A stretch of 64,000 bases of DNA from a virus: positions 1-64,000 of IMG/VR virus record IMGVR_UViG_3300046170_000148, one strand, 5' to 3'. Below, piece after piece: positions 32,301-41,297 of this stretch. The position numbers and the translations under genes are program-made. Under the pieces are notes generated by a model, which had not been told where the DNA came from, searched no databases, and saw only the letters and a program-made list of their open reading frames with translations. The first letter of the stretch is position 1, and the number at the start of each line of letters is the position of its first letter.

Positions 32301-34518
32301 TATTTTTTACTGTTCCATCGGTTGAAATGACAATCTTATCTCTGCGTGGTTGGTAATATGTTACATCACCCTGAAAGATATCACCATTAGTAGGAACTTC
32401 ATTTACTCGTGCATCTGTTCCAGTAAATGTTCCAGCGGAATCAACCACTGAACGGAAATCAATTACATCACGCAGATTAAGTGAGGAACGAGGCCCAGTT
32501 GAAAACTCTGGAATACTCTCATAGTTAACCTGACCAGTATATGATGTGACATCAAAGAAGTCACCACCACCGTGGGTGAAGTGTTTGAACCTACAGAAAA
32601 TTGCACCCGATGGTGCAGAAGCGTTAGTTTCTAGAACCAATCGACCATTACCATAAAAGCCTGGACGTTGACCTTTATCTACAGTAAACAAATATGAGAG
32701 GTCTACACCGTCAGAGTCGGTTTGTTTGATTGATATTACATCGTAGATATCTGCTGCATGAAGGTCAACAAACTTGAGACCACTACCATCAGACTCGACT
32801 CCAGTGTTATTGTAAGTCGTTTCGACAAGTGTTTTCTGACGAGAAGATGCCTGCGCTTTATTAACCTTCGCATAGATTGTAACTGCTTGACTAGTAGGAA
32901 GATTCGTGATTTCGGCTGATAGTAAGTTCGGCGGTGTTATTGTGATAGTCGCGCCAGTAACAACCGCGCCAGTATCGTCTCTTGTTACAATCCACTGATT
33001 TTTATTTACAAGTTTCTCACCAGCCGCGTTAACAGAAATAGTAACACTACCTGAACCATTTGATGTATCAGTAAACTGTCTCTGAACCTCAAAGTCAACA
33101 TCAGTAATGTCAGACGGTCTTGCATTTGGTAATGGGTAAATTAAATTGGTTAAGTCACCTTCTTTAATAACAGCCTGTCCATTCTCAAGGAGTGGGTTGA
33201 TGCAATCAGTTGAATCTGTTCCGACAGACCTTACTTGACGAAGTGCTGAACCACTATTCATTTTGATATCATACAGATATACACGATGCTGTGAACCATC
33301 TTCTTCTACATAACGAACCTTTGCAGTCCCGATGGTAGAAGTAGAAACACCGTGGTCGGCACCATCTTTAAGATTGACAACCTCTTGAGTGTTTATATTC
33401 AATCCACCCAAAGATGTAGCACTGTCTGTAATGAAATACTGACCATAAGAGATACCAGTAACTTCGTTGGTGAATGTTTCTGTTGTTCTTGGTTTGGCGA
33501 TTGTCAGTTTAGTAGGAACTTCCGATGCACCACGGTAACCGTTAATATATGCGATACCATCAGATACAGATGCAATCAGGTTTGTTCCTGAGTCGGTGAA
33601 GTCTACAGTGAAAGGACTTACGATATAGTTGCCTGACTCTTCACGAGTTCTCTCTGCAAGGACTTCATTGATTTTGTTATAATCTTCTGTTCCCGATACT
33701 TGGTCAAGGATTTGACCGTCAACAATATCACAGTAGTAGACAAAGTTTTCGTCAGCAGCAAGTGCATCTTCTGTTGTCAGAGTAAGTGTGATACGATAAC
33801 GGTCAGCGCCAGGCGAAGACAGGTTCGGTGTCGCACCCTGATTATCATACAATGCAGTATCATCAGCAACAGTAACGATATCTTCGGTGATTTTGAAACC
33901 AATGACTTTACTTGGATTTCTATCATACTTGGAAAGAATGAGTTCCTGTGGTTTGACAAATACAAAGTGGCCACGAACAAAGAAGTCACCCGCAGCACTA
34001 GAAATTTTAGAACCACGACCTACCGCAGGAGCAGCAGACTGAACAGTCAGTGTGTCTGACCCGTTGTTGATGTCCTCACCCGCAGACATACGGATTGGGT
34101 TCGCACTTGATGTGCCTGAAGATGTATCAGTATATTGAACATATAGAGTTGCAGGGTCAGAACCTTCTGCCGCAACAACCTGAAGAACTCTTGCTTTGAC
34201 ACCAGATGTCTGTCCAGTAAACTCTGTTCCAACCAGTGTGGTTGTGTCGGTAGGAAGAGTATTACTAGATGTATTCAGTTTGATGAATTCATAGTTATTG
34301 TTGATTGTCGGCCCGCCTGGATTTACAGAAGCACCATCTTTGAAGATGTTGCGACCAAATCTTCCAATCTCCTCTTGGATGATAGTCTGCATCTGTGTAA
34401 GTTCGCGAGCCTGCAAGGCACGACCACTATTGAAAAGGACGCGATGATAGTTATCACTATCAGTGAAATCGTCTTTGTAGGTCGTGGAGAATGAGTTCTC
34501 TGTAAATGTGTTAGCCAT
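29371..34518 (-). CDS. large virion structural protein (VrlC/DUF4815-like)
   Basis: YKDDF...YHRVLF..GRALQARELTQMQTI, PGADRYRITL, RFTMADI..LEKRV..LE, KSGFFVDNF, DPLAQTF. Confidence 0.85.
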   Translation of the reverse strand: MANTFTENSFSTTYKDDFTDSDNYHRVLFNSGRALQARELTQMQTIIQEEIGRFGRNIFKDGASVNPGGPTINNNYEFIKLNTSSNTLPTDTTTLVGTEFTGQTSGVKARVLQVVAAEGSDPATLYVQYTDTSSGTSSANPIRMSAGEDINNGSDTLTVQSAAPAVGRGSKISSAAGDFFVRGHFVFVKPQELILSKYDRNPSKVIGFKITEDIVTVADDTALYDNQGATPNLSSPGADRYRITLTLTTEDALAADENFVYYCDIVDGQILDQVSGTEDYNKINEVLAERTREESGNYIVSPFTVDFTDSGTNLIASVSDGIAYINGYRGASEVPTKLTIAKPRTTETFTNEVTGISYGQYFITDSATSLGGLNINTQEVVNLKDGADHGVSTSTIGTAKVRYVEEDGSQHRVYLYDIKMNSGSALRQVRSVGTDSTDCINPLLENGQAVIKEGDLTNLIYPLPNARPSDITDVDFEVQRQFTDTSNGSGSVTISVNAAGEKLVNKNQWIVTRDDTGAVVTGATITITPPNLLSAEITNLPTSQAVTIYAKVNKAQASSRQKTLVETTYNNTGVESDGSGLKFVDLHAADIYDVISIKQTDSDGVDLSYLFTVDKGQRPGFYGNGRLVLETNASAPSGAIFCRFKHFTHGGGDFFDVTSYTGQVNYESIPEFSTGPRSSLNLRDVIDFRSVVDSAGTFTGTDARVNEVPTNGDIFQGDVTYYQPRRDKIVISTDGTVKNITGEAGFDAQFPDTPENTLGLFLLEHNAYGLSDSDVNTTPLEAKRFTMADINNLEKRVDKLEEVTSLSLLEVDTSSLLVLDSAGNPRSKSGFFVDNFADRSFTDTENEEQRAAIDPSLGVLSCQTDDNNIALVYDHSKSNNTILKGDNVYLNYTESVAISQTTISGFENVNPFAVITGEGSVTLSPASDEWVQTKYIPANVINRTAEEDLGTINQGRLRAGTARRRGFNQWRWTPFWRAPIFGFGIFRGFNLFGGWSGVSTWNSNGVRRTGTRRLSRRWQQTTFEQRVVVGTRTVRKVTGDRTVSLTFLPFMRSRKIMFRAEGMRPNTRYFPFFDGRDVSAYCREETFSRYASGSSLSYGNRYRNSSAHPQGSTDLESNSDGVIEGSFFLPSKTDFRFRGGTREFKLLDVSVNNDANALSRAAANYISQGTLDTRQQTITSTRITQVRRRRWTEVTRRDPLAQTFRVTKPSGMFVTKVDVFFKAKDSKIPVEMQIRPVVNGQPSATDIISNAIKFLTPSEVSLAGSQTQAAAIAAPTTFEFDEPVFLNPNTEYAIVLLAESKDYEAYVAETYAFELGSTEKRVNRQPSLGSLFKSQNGSTWTPDQTKDLAFKIYQADFNTAGGYAVFENADVPDEILEDNPFFTDSGDATVTMLFPNHGYSDTDTINITGLDSATRYNGILGSSIMGEKPVAAVDGFGLRFEADSVSTSAGRFGGSEIVVDQQLNFDVAIPNFSTILPDDTTLSYGVKFTTGSSLAGSETRYQKDPNYSGDIQIGDENLFPRPRLIAKAANESGVTQLNGERSVTFKVDLGTSRSDVSPMIDAQRTSLTTTTNLIDRQASSSATGFNVPLSYAPETDAVGGSSLSKHHTSVQTLEEDAVGLKVILSAIRPSGAELELYYRVANDGDSIFDVDWTLQSSETTIAPDENNFREYRYLIGGDGGDVNSFTQYQLKLVFTTSNQSKPPVVKDLRGIALAV

Positions 34519-34528
34519 GAATCAAACC

Positions 34529-35887
34529 TTAAATTTGAATTACAATTTTAATATCTTCGGTCTGGTCACTTGCACGAGTGACCGCCGCTCGGTTATCAAT
34601 ATATAGGACATCGCCAGTAGACGTTGTTACTTCAGGTGTAACATATGGTGCAAATGACGCATTAAGTGTTCCCGCACCAGAACCGTCTGTTTCTGTTACC
34701 GCTTCACCCGAATCAAAGTTAGTGAAACCAGTTACATCGGTCTGGTGATACCAGACATTAGATGAGTCAACTTTATCAATCAACGCTTTTGCGCCAGAAG
34801 TTGAACCGACAATTGTGTTGTCAGCGGTAAATCCTGTTGTCACCGCAGAGAAAATAAGTTTCTTCAATGCAATACCTGTTGATGCAGTGAACAAATCTGA
34901 ACCCGCACTGTCTTTAATATTTTTGATAAGACCAACTTGACGGAAGTCATTACCTACAATAAAGTCATCGTTCTCTGTTCCGTCTGGTTTTACTGTGAAC
35001 ATGACACCATTTGCACGAAGGTCATTTCTTGGGTCAGCCCCTAAACCACCTTCTTCAGAAAATATAGGACGAATCACTGCTGGTTTGGTCGGTGTGCCAC
35101 CACCACTTACCGTGATAATCGCATTAGTGTAACCTGAACCAAACATCAATGTGCCTGAACTGTCGAGGACTTCAGCAGTAACAACAGCACTACCAGAAAT
35201 CGATGCGGATGCTTTTGCGTTTGTTCCATTACCAACAATTGTCAATGTTGGGTTTGATGTATATCCAGAACCACCCGAATCAACTGCATAGCCTATAATT
35301 TGACCACTAGTTGCAGCGTTCTGAACAGCCAACTGTTCAACATCAGAAGCAGCGGATGAGGAGTCAGTAGTCCCTTGAAGTTTGATAGGTAGGAAGTTAG
35401 CAGCGATATATTTCGTTGCATCACCCGCACTGATAGAATACAAGAACTTCCAGATGTAACCATCCGCAGTTGAGAATGGTGCGCCTGTTGTATTACCTGA
35501 TGGTTGGATAGTCGATACTACCGCATTACCAGCAGCGTCTTTAGATTGTTGTATACAAACATATACTTGGTTCTCGTCATTCATGACATAGTATGTTTGT
35601 GTGGGATAACCAACCTGTTTATCATCATAGGCAGAATAGACAGCACCCGAAGACCAGTTGTAGCGAGGCACAACGAAGGTCGAGTCAATAACTTTCTTCA
35701 CTGACTGAAGACCATTGCGGAGACCTCTCTCTTCCCATTGAGCGTTAATTGTTGTTCGCGCAGTGTCAGAGTCATTCCAGTCTTCGGAACGACCAATACC
35801 AATGTAATAGTTGTTCGACGAATCTGCGAAATCAGTCAGAAGAGACTGAATAACTTGTTTTTTTAGTGTATTAGTAATAACTGCCAT
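34529..35887 (-). CDS. gp8: baseplate wedge subunit
   Basis: VPRYNWSSG.VYSAYDD, DGYIWKFLYSI, NDFRQVGLIKN, GDVLYIDNR..V.R..DQTEDIKIVIQI. Confidence 0.88.
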   Translation of the reverse strand: MAVITNTLKKQVIQSLLTDFADSSNNYYIGIGRSEDWNDSDTARTTINAQWEERGLRNGLQSVKKVIDSTFVVPRYNWSSGAVYSAYDDKQVGYPTQTYYVMNDENQVYVCIQQSKDAAGNAVVSTIQPSGNTTGAPFSTADGYIWKFLYSISAGDATKYIAANFLPIKLQGTTDSSSAASDVEQLAVQNAATSGQIIGYAVDSGGSGYTSNPTLTIVGNGTNAKASASISGSAVVTAEVLDSSGTLMFGSGYTNAIITVSGGGTPTKPAVIRPIFSEEGGLGADPRNDLRANGVMFTVKPDGTENDDFIVGNDFRQVGLIKNIKDSAGSDLFTASTGIALKKLIFSAVTTGFTADNTIVGSTSGAKALIDKVDSSNVWYHQTDVTGFTNFDSGEAVTETDGSGAGTLNASFAPYVTPEVTTSTGDVLYIDNRAAVTRASDQTEDIKIVIQI

Positions 35888-35892
35888 TTTTA

Positions 35893-36936
35893 TTATCCTG
35901 TTGTAGTCCCATTATTGGCTACAATTACCCATTTATTTACTGAGGTGTTCCAAATCAACTGGCAACCATCACCTTCATCAAAGGCAATAAAACCATCACC
36001 AGAGTCTACACCCAAAATATTTGATGACCCACCCGATGGCGTAAGTCTTGCCTCACCCGCACCCACATTAATGAATGAATGAAACTCACCTTGTGCCGTT
36101 CCAGCAGCAATAGTTGGTGAGATAGGCGAACCAGAGTTGAATACCGTGAGAGGTTCGTTTAGATTTACTGCCGTGTCTGTTGCCACATCAGTTGATTTTT
36201 CTAGAATTAGTTTACTCTCGAAACTTACACCACCTGTTCCTTTACCTGTAATCTCAAGTGTAATATTTGTATCATCACCCGTTGCAGCGATAGAAGGATT
36301 GTTACCAGTCGCAGCCGTGGTAATACCGATATGATTGACTGCACTTGAAACATTGGTGAATGTAATATACTCATTAGACGAACTATCAAGTAGGAGAGAA
36401 CCATTTGCAAGACCCGTCAGGTTTGCATTACTTACAGTCAAACCATCAATAGTTTTATTCGTAAGCGTCTGTGCGTGGTTCGCGAACACAAAAGTATCAT
36501 CACCTGTCAGAAGTGGTAATGTTACGTTTCGGTCTGCGGCAAGTTCACTCACAGCAAATACATATTGATGGTCTGCACTTGTATCATTGATTTGTGGTGT
36601 CGTAATAACAGGACTTGTCAGGGTCTTGTTGGTCAGTGTTTGGGTTGTTGTTGTCAAAACAAAGTTGTCGCCAGTCGTGCCAGCAACGGGGATGTTTAAA
36701 ATCACATCCGCAGACGGGTCACCGTCCAGTTTTAATTTTACTTCAAAATCATTGGCGGTTGCACCCTCAAACAGGATACCGTCTGAGTCAAAAGATACCT
36801 GACTCGTTCCCGAATCACCACCAACGATAGTATAGAGTTCCGTGAAGTTTTCATTAATCTTCTGGGCAGCAGTGCGGAGGGTATCACCCGTCCCGTCATT
36901 TGCTGCTGTGCCTCTATTAATAATCTGTTTTGTCAT
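35893..36936 (-). CDS. baseplate/tail-fibre connector (gp9/gp10-type N-terminus)
   Basis: KQIIN.GTAANDGTGDTLR.AAQKINENFTELY; QTLTNKT repeats. Confidence 0.75.
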   Translation of the reverse strand: MTKQIINRGTAANDGTGDTLRTAAQKINENFTELYTIVGGDSGTSQVSFDSDGILFEGATANDFEVKLKLDGDPSADVILNIPVAGTTGDNFVLTTTTQTLTNKTLTSPVITTPQINDTSADHQYVFAVSELAADRNVTLPLLTGDDTFVFANHAQTLTNKTIDGLTVSNANLTGLANGSLLLDSSSNEYITFTNVSSAVNHIGITTAATGNNPSIAATGDDTNITLEITGKGTGGVSFESKLILEKSTDVATDTAVNLNEPLTVFNSGSPISPTIAAGTAQGEFHSFINVGAGEARLTPSGGSSNILGVDSGDGFIAFDEGDGCQLIWNTSVNKWVIVANNGTTTG

Positions 36937-36959
36937 TTCTAAACCCTAAATGTTTCTTC

Positions 36960-36967
36960 TATTTATA
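36960..36967 (-). promoter_or_regulatory. late promoter TATAAATA
   Basis: tatttata upstream of 36936. Confidence 0.8.
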
Positions 36968-36975
36968 AGACTTTA

Positions 36976-38415
36976 TCAATCAAGATGACCAAGATTTAAC
37001 AAATATTGGTCGGAATCACTACTGTAGAAGACATGTCTGTCTTGGTCGAATGTCTCGAAAGTAAAGTCGTTTGACATATCCATACCGTCAGCCAACCATT
37101 CGTTAACCTCAGTTACTGCATTTACATACACACCAGTCTGGTTAGTATCGTATTCATCCACCAAATCTTCAAAAGTGTAACCACTATTAGAAGAGATAAT
37201 ATTGGAAAGGGTAAATTCATAAACTGAATCTGAATCTATATATCTACCTGTTGTAGAACCCTTTGTGATAGTTGCAATTATTTTAGGTGGTTCAGCGTTT
37301 AACGAACCAAGTTCTATAGTGCCATCAGTTAGGGATGTGCCATTTGTGATAGTGGCATTGCCGACAAATCTTGCAAATGTGTCGTTGATATCAGATGGTA
37401 TTCTGAATACTAAGTTACCACTACCATCAGGGTTCACACTGTCGGATATGATAGTTACGGCTGAATTATTATTTCTTAGTGTATTGCTTTCTGACCGATT
37501 ATAACTAACCACTCCAAGTGGGGCCAATGTAGATGTATCAGAGTCATCCATAGTTGGTGAGGTTGCAACTTGAGTCTCACGGATGTCATTATACTGTGCT
37601 TGAATTTTAGAGATTTGGAATGTTGTGAAATCTTCCAGTCTAATCTCTGGATTAATTCTACTTAGGATACCAGCAGAGTCGGTGTTAAAGTCATCAACCA
37701 ATGCACTCAAGTCTGTCGTAGGTGTATCCCCAAACGATGCTTCAGAGTGAACGGCGATTGGTGGAGGTGGTGTAACCACAACATTTGGTGCGGTGATAGT
37801 ATCTGTTACATCACTAATAATCTGCACTTCCGAACCAATGAACATACCGGCTGGGTGAACGAACAACTTGTATGGTTCTCTCCACTCGTTAAATGAAATA
37901 TCTGACTTAATCAAAATAGCAAACTTCTGATACAATTTATTATCGGTCAGAAACTTTCTGGAGTCAAATCCAATCTGAGAACTAGCTTCACCGACATTAA
38001 AGACTTGTTCTTTGGTGTAGATAATATCTGGGTCAATCGAAAAGAATGTTCTAAAGAACTGTTGAATCGAAAACTTCGTTCCCTTTGAACGATACAATGT
38101 ATTAGAATATTTCGCCGCAGCACGTTTGTCTGAGAACCCTTCAAAGTATGATTGACCCAACAGAAGTTCGTCCTCGATATAAGAAAGAAGTTCTATGTCA
38201 GTCTGTGTGATGTCCCTGCTATAGAACAGGTCGTTAATCAACTTGGTAGGAGATGACTCATCATCTTCGTAGTGATAATACTCATCAAGGAGTGTGATAA
38301 GTTTTGGATACTCTGTGCGAAAGAACTCAGGCAAAACCTTTTCAATAGCACTTTCAGGAAAAGTAAGCTCTCTCCTGTTCAGGTCTGTCAGAGTATCGTC
38401 TTGCTTATGTCCCAT
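36976..38415 (-). CDS. baseplate wedge protein (gp7-like)
   Basis: LPEFFRTEYP..I.LL..YY, LYRSKGT..SI..FFR, YQKFAILIKS, VHPAGM; follows gp6. Confidence 0.75.
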   Translation of the reverse strand: MGHKQDDTLTDLNRRELTFPESAIEKVLPEFFRTEYPKLITLLDEYYHYEDDESSPTKLINDLFYSRDITQTDIELLSYIEDELLLGQSYFEGFSDKRAAAKYSNTLYRSKGTKFSIQQFFRTFFSIDPDIIYTKEQVFNVGEASSQIGFDSRKFLTDNKLYQKFAILIKSDISFNEWREPYKLFVHPAGMFIGSEVQIISDVTDTITAPNVVVTPPPPIAVHSEASFGDTPTTDLSALVDDFNTDSAGILSRINPEIRLEDFTTFQISKIQAQYNDIRETQVATSPTMDDSDTSTLAPLGVVSYNRSESNTLRNNNSAVTIISDSVNPDGSGNLVFRIPSDINDTFARFVGNATITNGTSLTDGTIELGSLNAEPPKIIATITKGSTTGRYIDSDSVYEFTLSNIISSNSGYTFEDLVDEYDTNQTGVYVNAVTEVNEWLADGMDMSNDFTFETFDQDRHVFYSSDSDQYLLNLGHLD

Positions 38416-40241
38416 TAGTTTGTGACTCCAGGCTCAACATCTACGATACGAACAAAGGAGCGAGACTCATCATTTTCAATGACATCTTGTCTAAATGGTG
38501 TTAACACACTCTGGTTGGCGGGTGTTGCGCTGAGTTTGACGAACAGACTAGAACCAGCCACCTCATCAACTTGAAGACCGACAATTCTTACTGTGTCTCC
38601 AGTATAGTCACCAACATTATCTATAATGATTTCTGTGTCATCGAGGTTGAAGACTTCAAGTTTGTTAGAACCTAATTTGTTTCTTAAAATACAGTTTTTG
38701 TTTCTGAACTTAAATCCAGTTGATTGAATAATATATTCGGAATCATCTGGTGAAGCGAGGGCGGCCGCATAACGTAGAGTATGCGCTTGAACCGCAGTGA
38801 GGGTCGGTGTAAATCTGCGTTGCATCTTAACATTCATACGAGATGAAAGAATCGCAGGACTGTTTGCATCAATCAATGTCAACAGATTTGAACGTCTGAA
38901 TGACTGGTCAAACTTACCTGTGCTAGTGCTAAAGTAATCACGCACTACAGTTTTGATATTATCTGTGACCGTGTTTCGTGAGAGTGTGGTCAAGTTCTGA
39001 TTGAACTGGAAAAATACTTCTGTCTCAATAAAGGTCTTGATAGGGTCAGAGAACTTCAGATTAAATGATGCAACAGATAGTTGTTCCGAGAGGTCAACGA
39101 TTGCCTGTTTGGTAGACGCTTCAGTTGCAACACCAACATCGTCATTGAACAATACAGACATAAAGATTGTTCCAAACTCTGGTTCAAGTGCCTCTTCCCC
39201 ACCAAACGATTTAATGTCTTTGATGAGTGTCGAGAAGTTTTTGAGAACCAACGCAGAGTAATCCACAGCCGTGACCATTCTGTTCTGTGACGCATACTGG
39301 AATGGGGCATTCTGACGAATTGACTCAACTGTCTCTTTGTCTCCACCACCTACAGCTTTTGCAACTGTTGATACGGTAACATCATATCCTGTTCCATCGA
39401 TAGTTACTTGACTCTGTGGTTCAAAGATTTTAGCGGTATCTGCATCAGAACCGTTCACTGCCAGATAATCAATAGTGATTTTACTACCTTCGACAGGAGC
39501 AGTTCCCAGTGTCGCACCGTTACCAAAGGACAACTCAAACAATCCGTTTGGAGTTTCTTTCAAAATATACAGTGTTGAGTTGGCGTTGATTGTTGTTGCT
39601 TCTGACAAATTCTTATATGTTATAAAACTGGCGGACGAAGGTGACTCGTATACACGAACCACCGCAGTCTCGATATCAAGGAGTTCGTCAGGAATTACAT
39701 ATACAGCATTCTCTTCCGACTTACTTGCGAGGAATGTTTTCACTCTTGAAGTTCCTTCAAAGATATCGATGTCTTCCGAACCCGTCGAGGTTTTGAGTTC
39801 ATAGATACCCGCGCCATCGTCTGTCGCAGAGAGGTCTACTTGTGTTTGGAAAACATAGTCTGTATCATCAACTGTTGCATTGAACTTGAAACCAGACGCG
39901 ATTTGGATTATGGTTGGGCGACCAGATACACCACTCAGGTTCATTGACAAATTCACGATGGCCTTCGAAGATGTCTTGGAGTCTGGAATGTAACCGATAC
40001 CCTCTGCAAGGGAGACAAGAGAACTACGCAGTTGGGCAGTTCCTAGAAATGATTCATTCAACGCAAAGTTTGCGGTCAGTGCATTGTAATGTGTATTGTA
40101 TGCGAGAACATCTAGGATATTCGAAAGACCCGAGGCCTCGAAGTTATAGTCAGCAAACTCAGGTTTATCGGCAAGAAATGTTTTTAGATTATTCTTGATT
40201 GCCGTAAAATCTAGTGCTGTTGATTTTATTGTTGTTGCCAT
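38415..40241 (-). CDS. gp6: baseplate wedge subunit
   Basis: LDFTAIKNNLK, DYNFEASGLSNILDVLAYNTHY, NESFLGTAQLRSS, QNRMVTAVDY. Confidence 0.95.
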   Translation of the reverse strand: MATTIKSTALDFTAIKNNLKTFLADKPEFADYNFEASGLSNILDVLAYNTHYNALTANFALNESFLGTAQLRSSLVSLAEGIGYIPDSKTSSKAIVNLSMNLSGVSGRPTIIQIASGFKFNATVDDTDYVFQTQVDLSATDDGAGIYELKTSTGSEDIDIFEGTSRVKTFLASKSEENAVYVIPDELLDIETAVVRVYESPSSASFITYKNLSEATTINANSTLYILKETPNGLFELSFGNGATLGTAPVEGSKITIDYLAVNGSDADTAKIFEPQSQVTIDGTGYDVTVSTVAKAVGGGDKETVESIRQNAPFQYASQNRMVTAVDYSALVLKNFSTLIKDIKSFGGEEALEPEFGTIFMSVLFNDDVGVATEASTKQAIVDLSEQLSVASFNLKFSDPIKTFIETEVFFQFNQNLTTLSRNTVTDNIKTVVRDYFSTSTGKFDQSFRRSNLLTLIDANSPAILSSRMNVKMQRRFTPTLTAVQAHTLRYAAALASPDDSEYIIQSTGFKFRNKNCILRNKLGSNKLEVFNLDDTEIIIDNVGDYTGDTVRIVGLQVDEVAGSSLFVKLSATPANQSVLTPFRQDVIENDESRSFVRIVDVEPGVTN

Positions 40242-40242
40242 C

Positions 40243-40692
40243 TTATCTCAACCTTGAAAGTCTAGTTGTAAATTCAACTTGCTCTTCTGTGTTTACTACC
40301 TTAAATTTTACTGTGACATTGAGAGCATGATTATCTGGGTATAAATCTACCACGATATCCAAGACTTCTGCTCTTGGTTCATATGCCTCAATGTTGTCTA
40401 TAATATTCTCTCTCAGAATAGAAGACCCATCTCTATCCGCTAACTCAAAGAGTTGACCCCGTATGTCTCCACCGAAGAATGGGTCAAATGGTTTCTCAAG
40501 AAGGTTTGTCATGACGAGCGTCTTGATTGCTTGCTTTACCGCAGCCGCATCCTTCTTCTTAAAAATCTCTCCGCTTGTAGGTTTTGCCTGAAATGTCAGG
40601 TCAATATCGATATATTCCTTTACACGACTACTCGTCACCGATGTCGTGTTGAGGTCTGTATCTTCCTGTGCGAATGCTCTTCTAGTTGCCAT
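40243..40692 (-). CDS. gp25: baseplate wedge subunit
   Basis: AVKQAIKTLVMT...EKPFDP.FG, I..YEPRA. Confidence 0.92.
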   Translation of the reverse strand: MATRRAFAQEDTDLNTTSVTSSRVKEYIDIDLTFQAKPTSGEIFKKKDAAAVKQAIKTLVMTNLLEKPFDPFFGGDIRGQLFELADRDGSSILRENIIDNIEAYEPRAEVLDIVVDLYPDNHALNVTVKFKVVNTEEQVEFTTRLSRLR

Positions 40693-40697
40693 GTCTC

Positions 40698-40705
40698 TAT
40701 TTATA
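40698..40705 (-). promoter_or_regulatory. late promoter TATAAATA
   Basis: tatttata upstream of gp25. Confidence 0.75.
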
Positions 40706-41297
40706 AGACTTTTTCACGGATTTCGATAAGTTCATCCAAACTCATCAAACTATTATTGAAATAAGTCTCTACTTTCTTACTAAATGATACATCGAAACTG
40801 GAGGGGACAGTCGGAAACTCTAATCCAATCTGACCAGTTAGACTTTCATCTGGATTATAATTGTCATAGTCCAAATACAAAGCACCAAAGTTGATATAAT
40901 CTTTCCAGTATTCTGCAACGTCAAAGGTCTTCTCGAAGTCAACCTTTCCGTCCTGACCAATGACTTGATAGTATACCAAACGACCATCTGACTTCTTCTT
41001 CATAGTCTCATCATTCAGGTCAGGTGTCTGTAGGTCATAGATGCCTTCAGATACAATCAGTCTCACATCGTTGAAGTGGGTTGTGTTACCGTTGATTGTT
41101 CTCATGGCCTCTGCCTGTAGATACAGGTTTCTCGCAATCTGTTTGCGTTCTGATACAGTTGCAACATGATTGAATGGTGTGCGGTCACCATACGCACCCA
41201 GAAACTTTGACATCGTAATGCCAGGCGCAAGGGTAGTCGCAGAGGTAATCTCCGACTGGAGTTCTGGATTGTAGGTTGGGTCAACTAGAATAATCAT
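40701..41297 (-). CDS. hypothetical baseplate-hub-associated protein
   Basis: 198-aa ORF coupled to the gp5-like gene. Confidence 0.65.
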   Translation of the reverse strand: MIILVDPTYNPELQSEITSATTLAPGITMSKFLGAYGDRTPFNHVATVSERKQIARNLYLQAEAMRTINGNTTHFNDVRLIVSEGIYDLQTPDLNDETMKKKSDGRLVYYQVIGQDGKVDFEKTFDVAEYWKDYINFGALYLDYDNYNPDESLTGQIGLEFPTVPSSFDVSFSKKVETYFNNSLMSLDELIEIREKVL

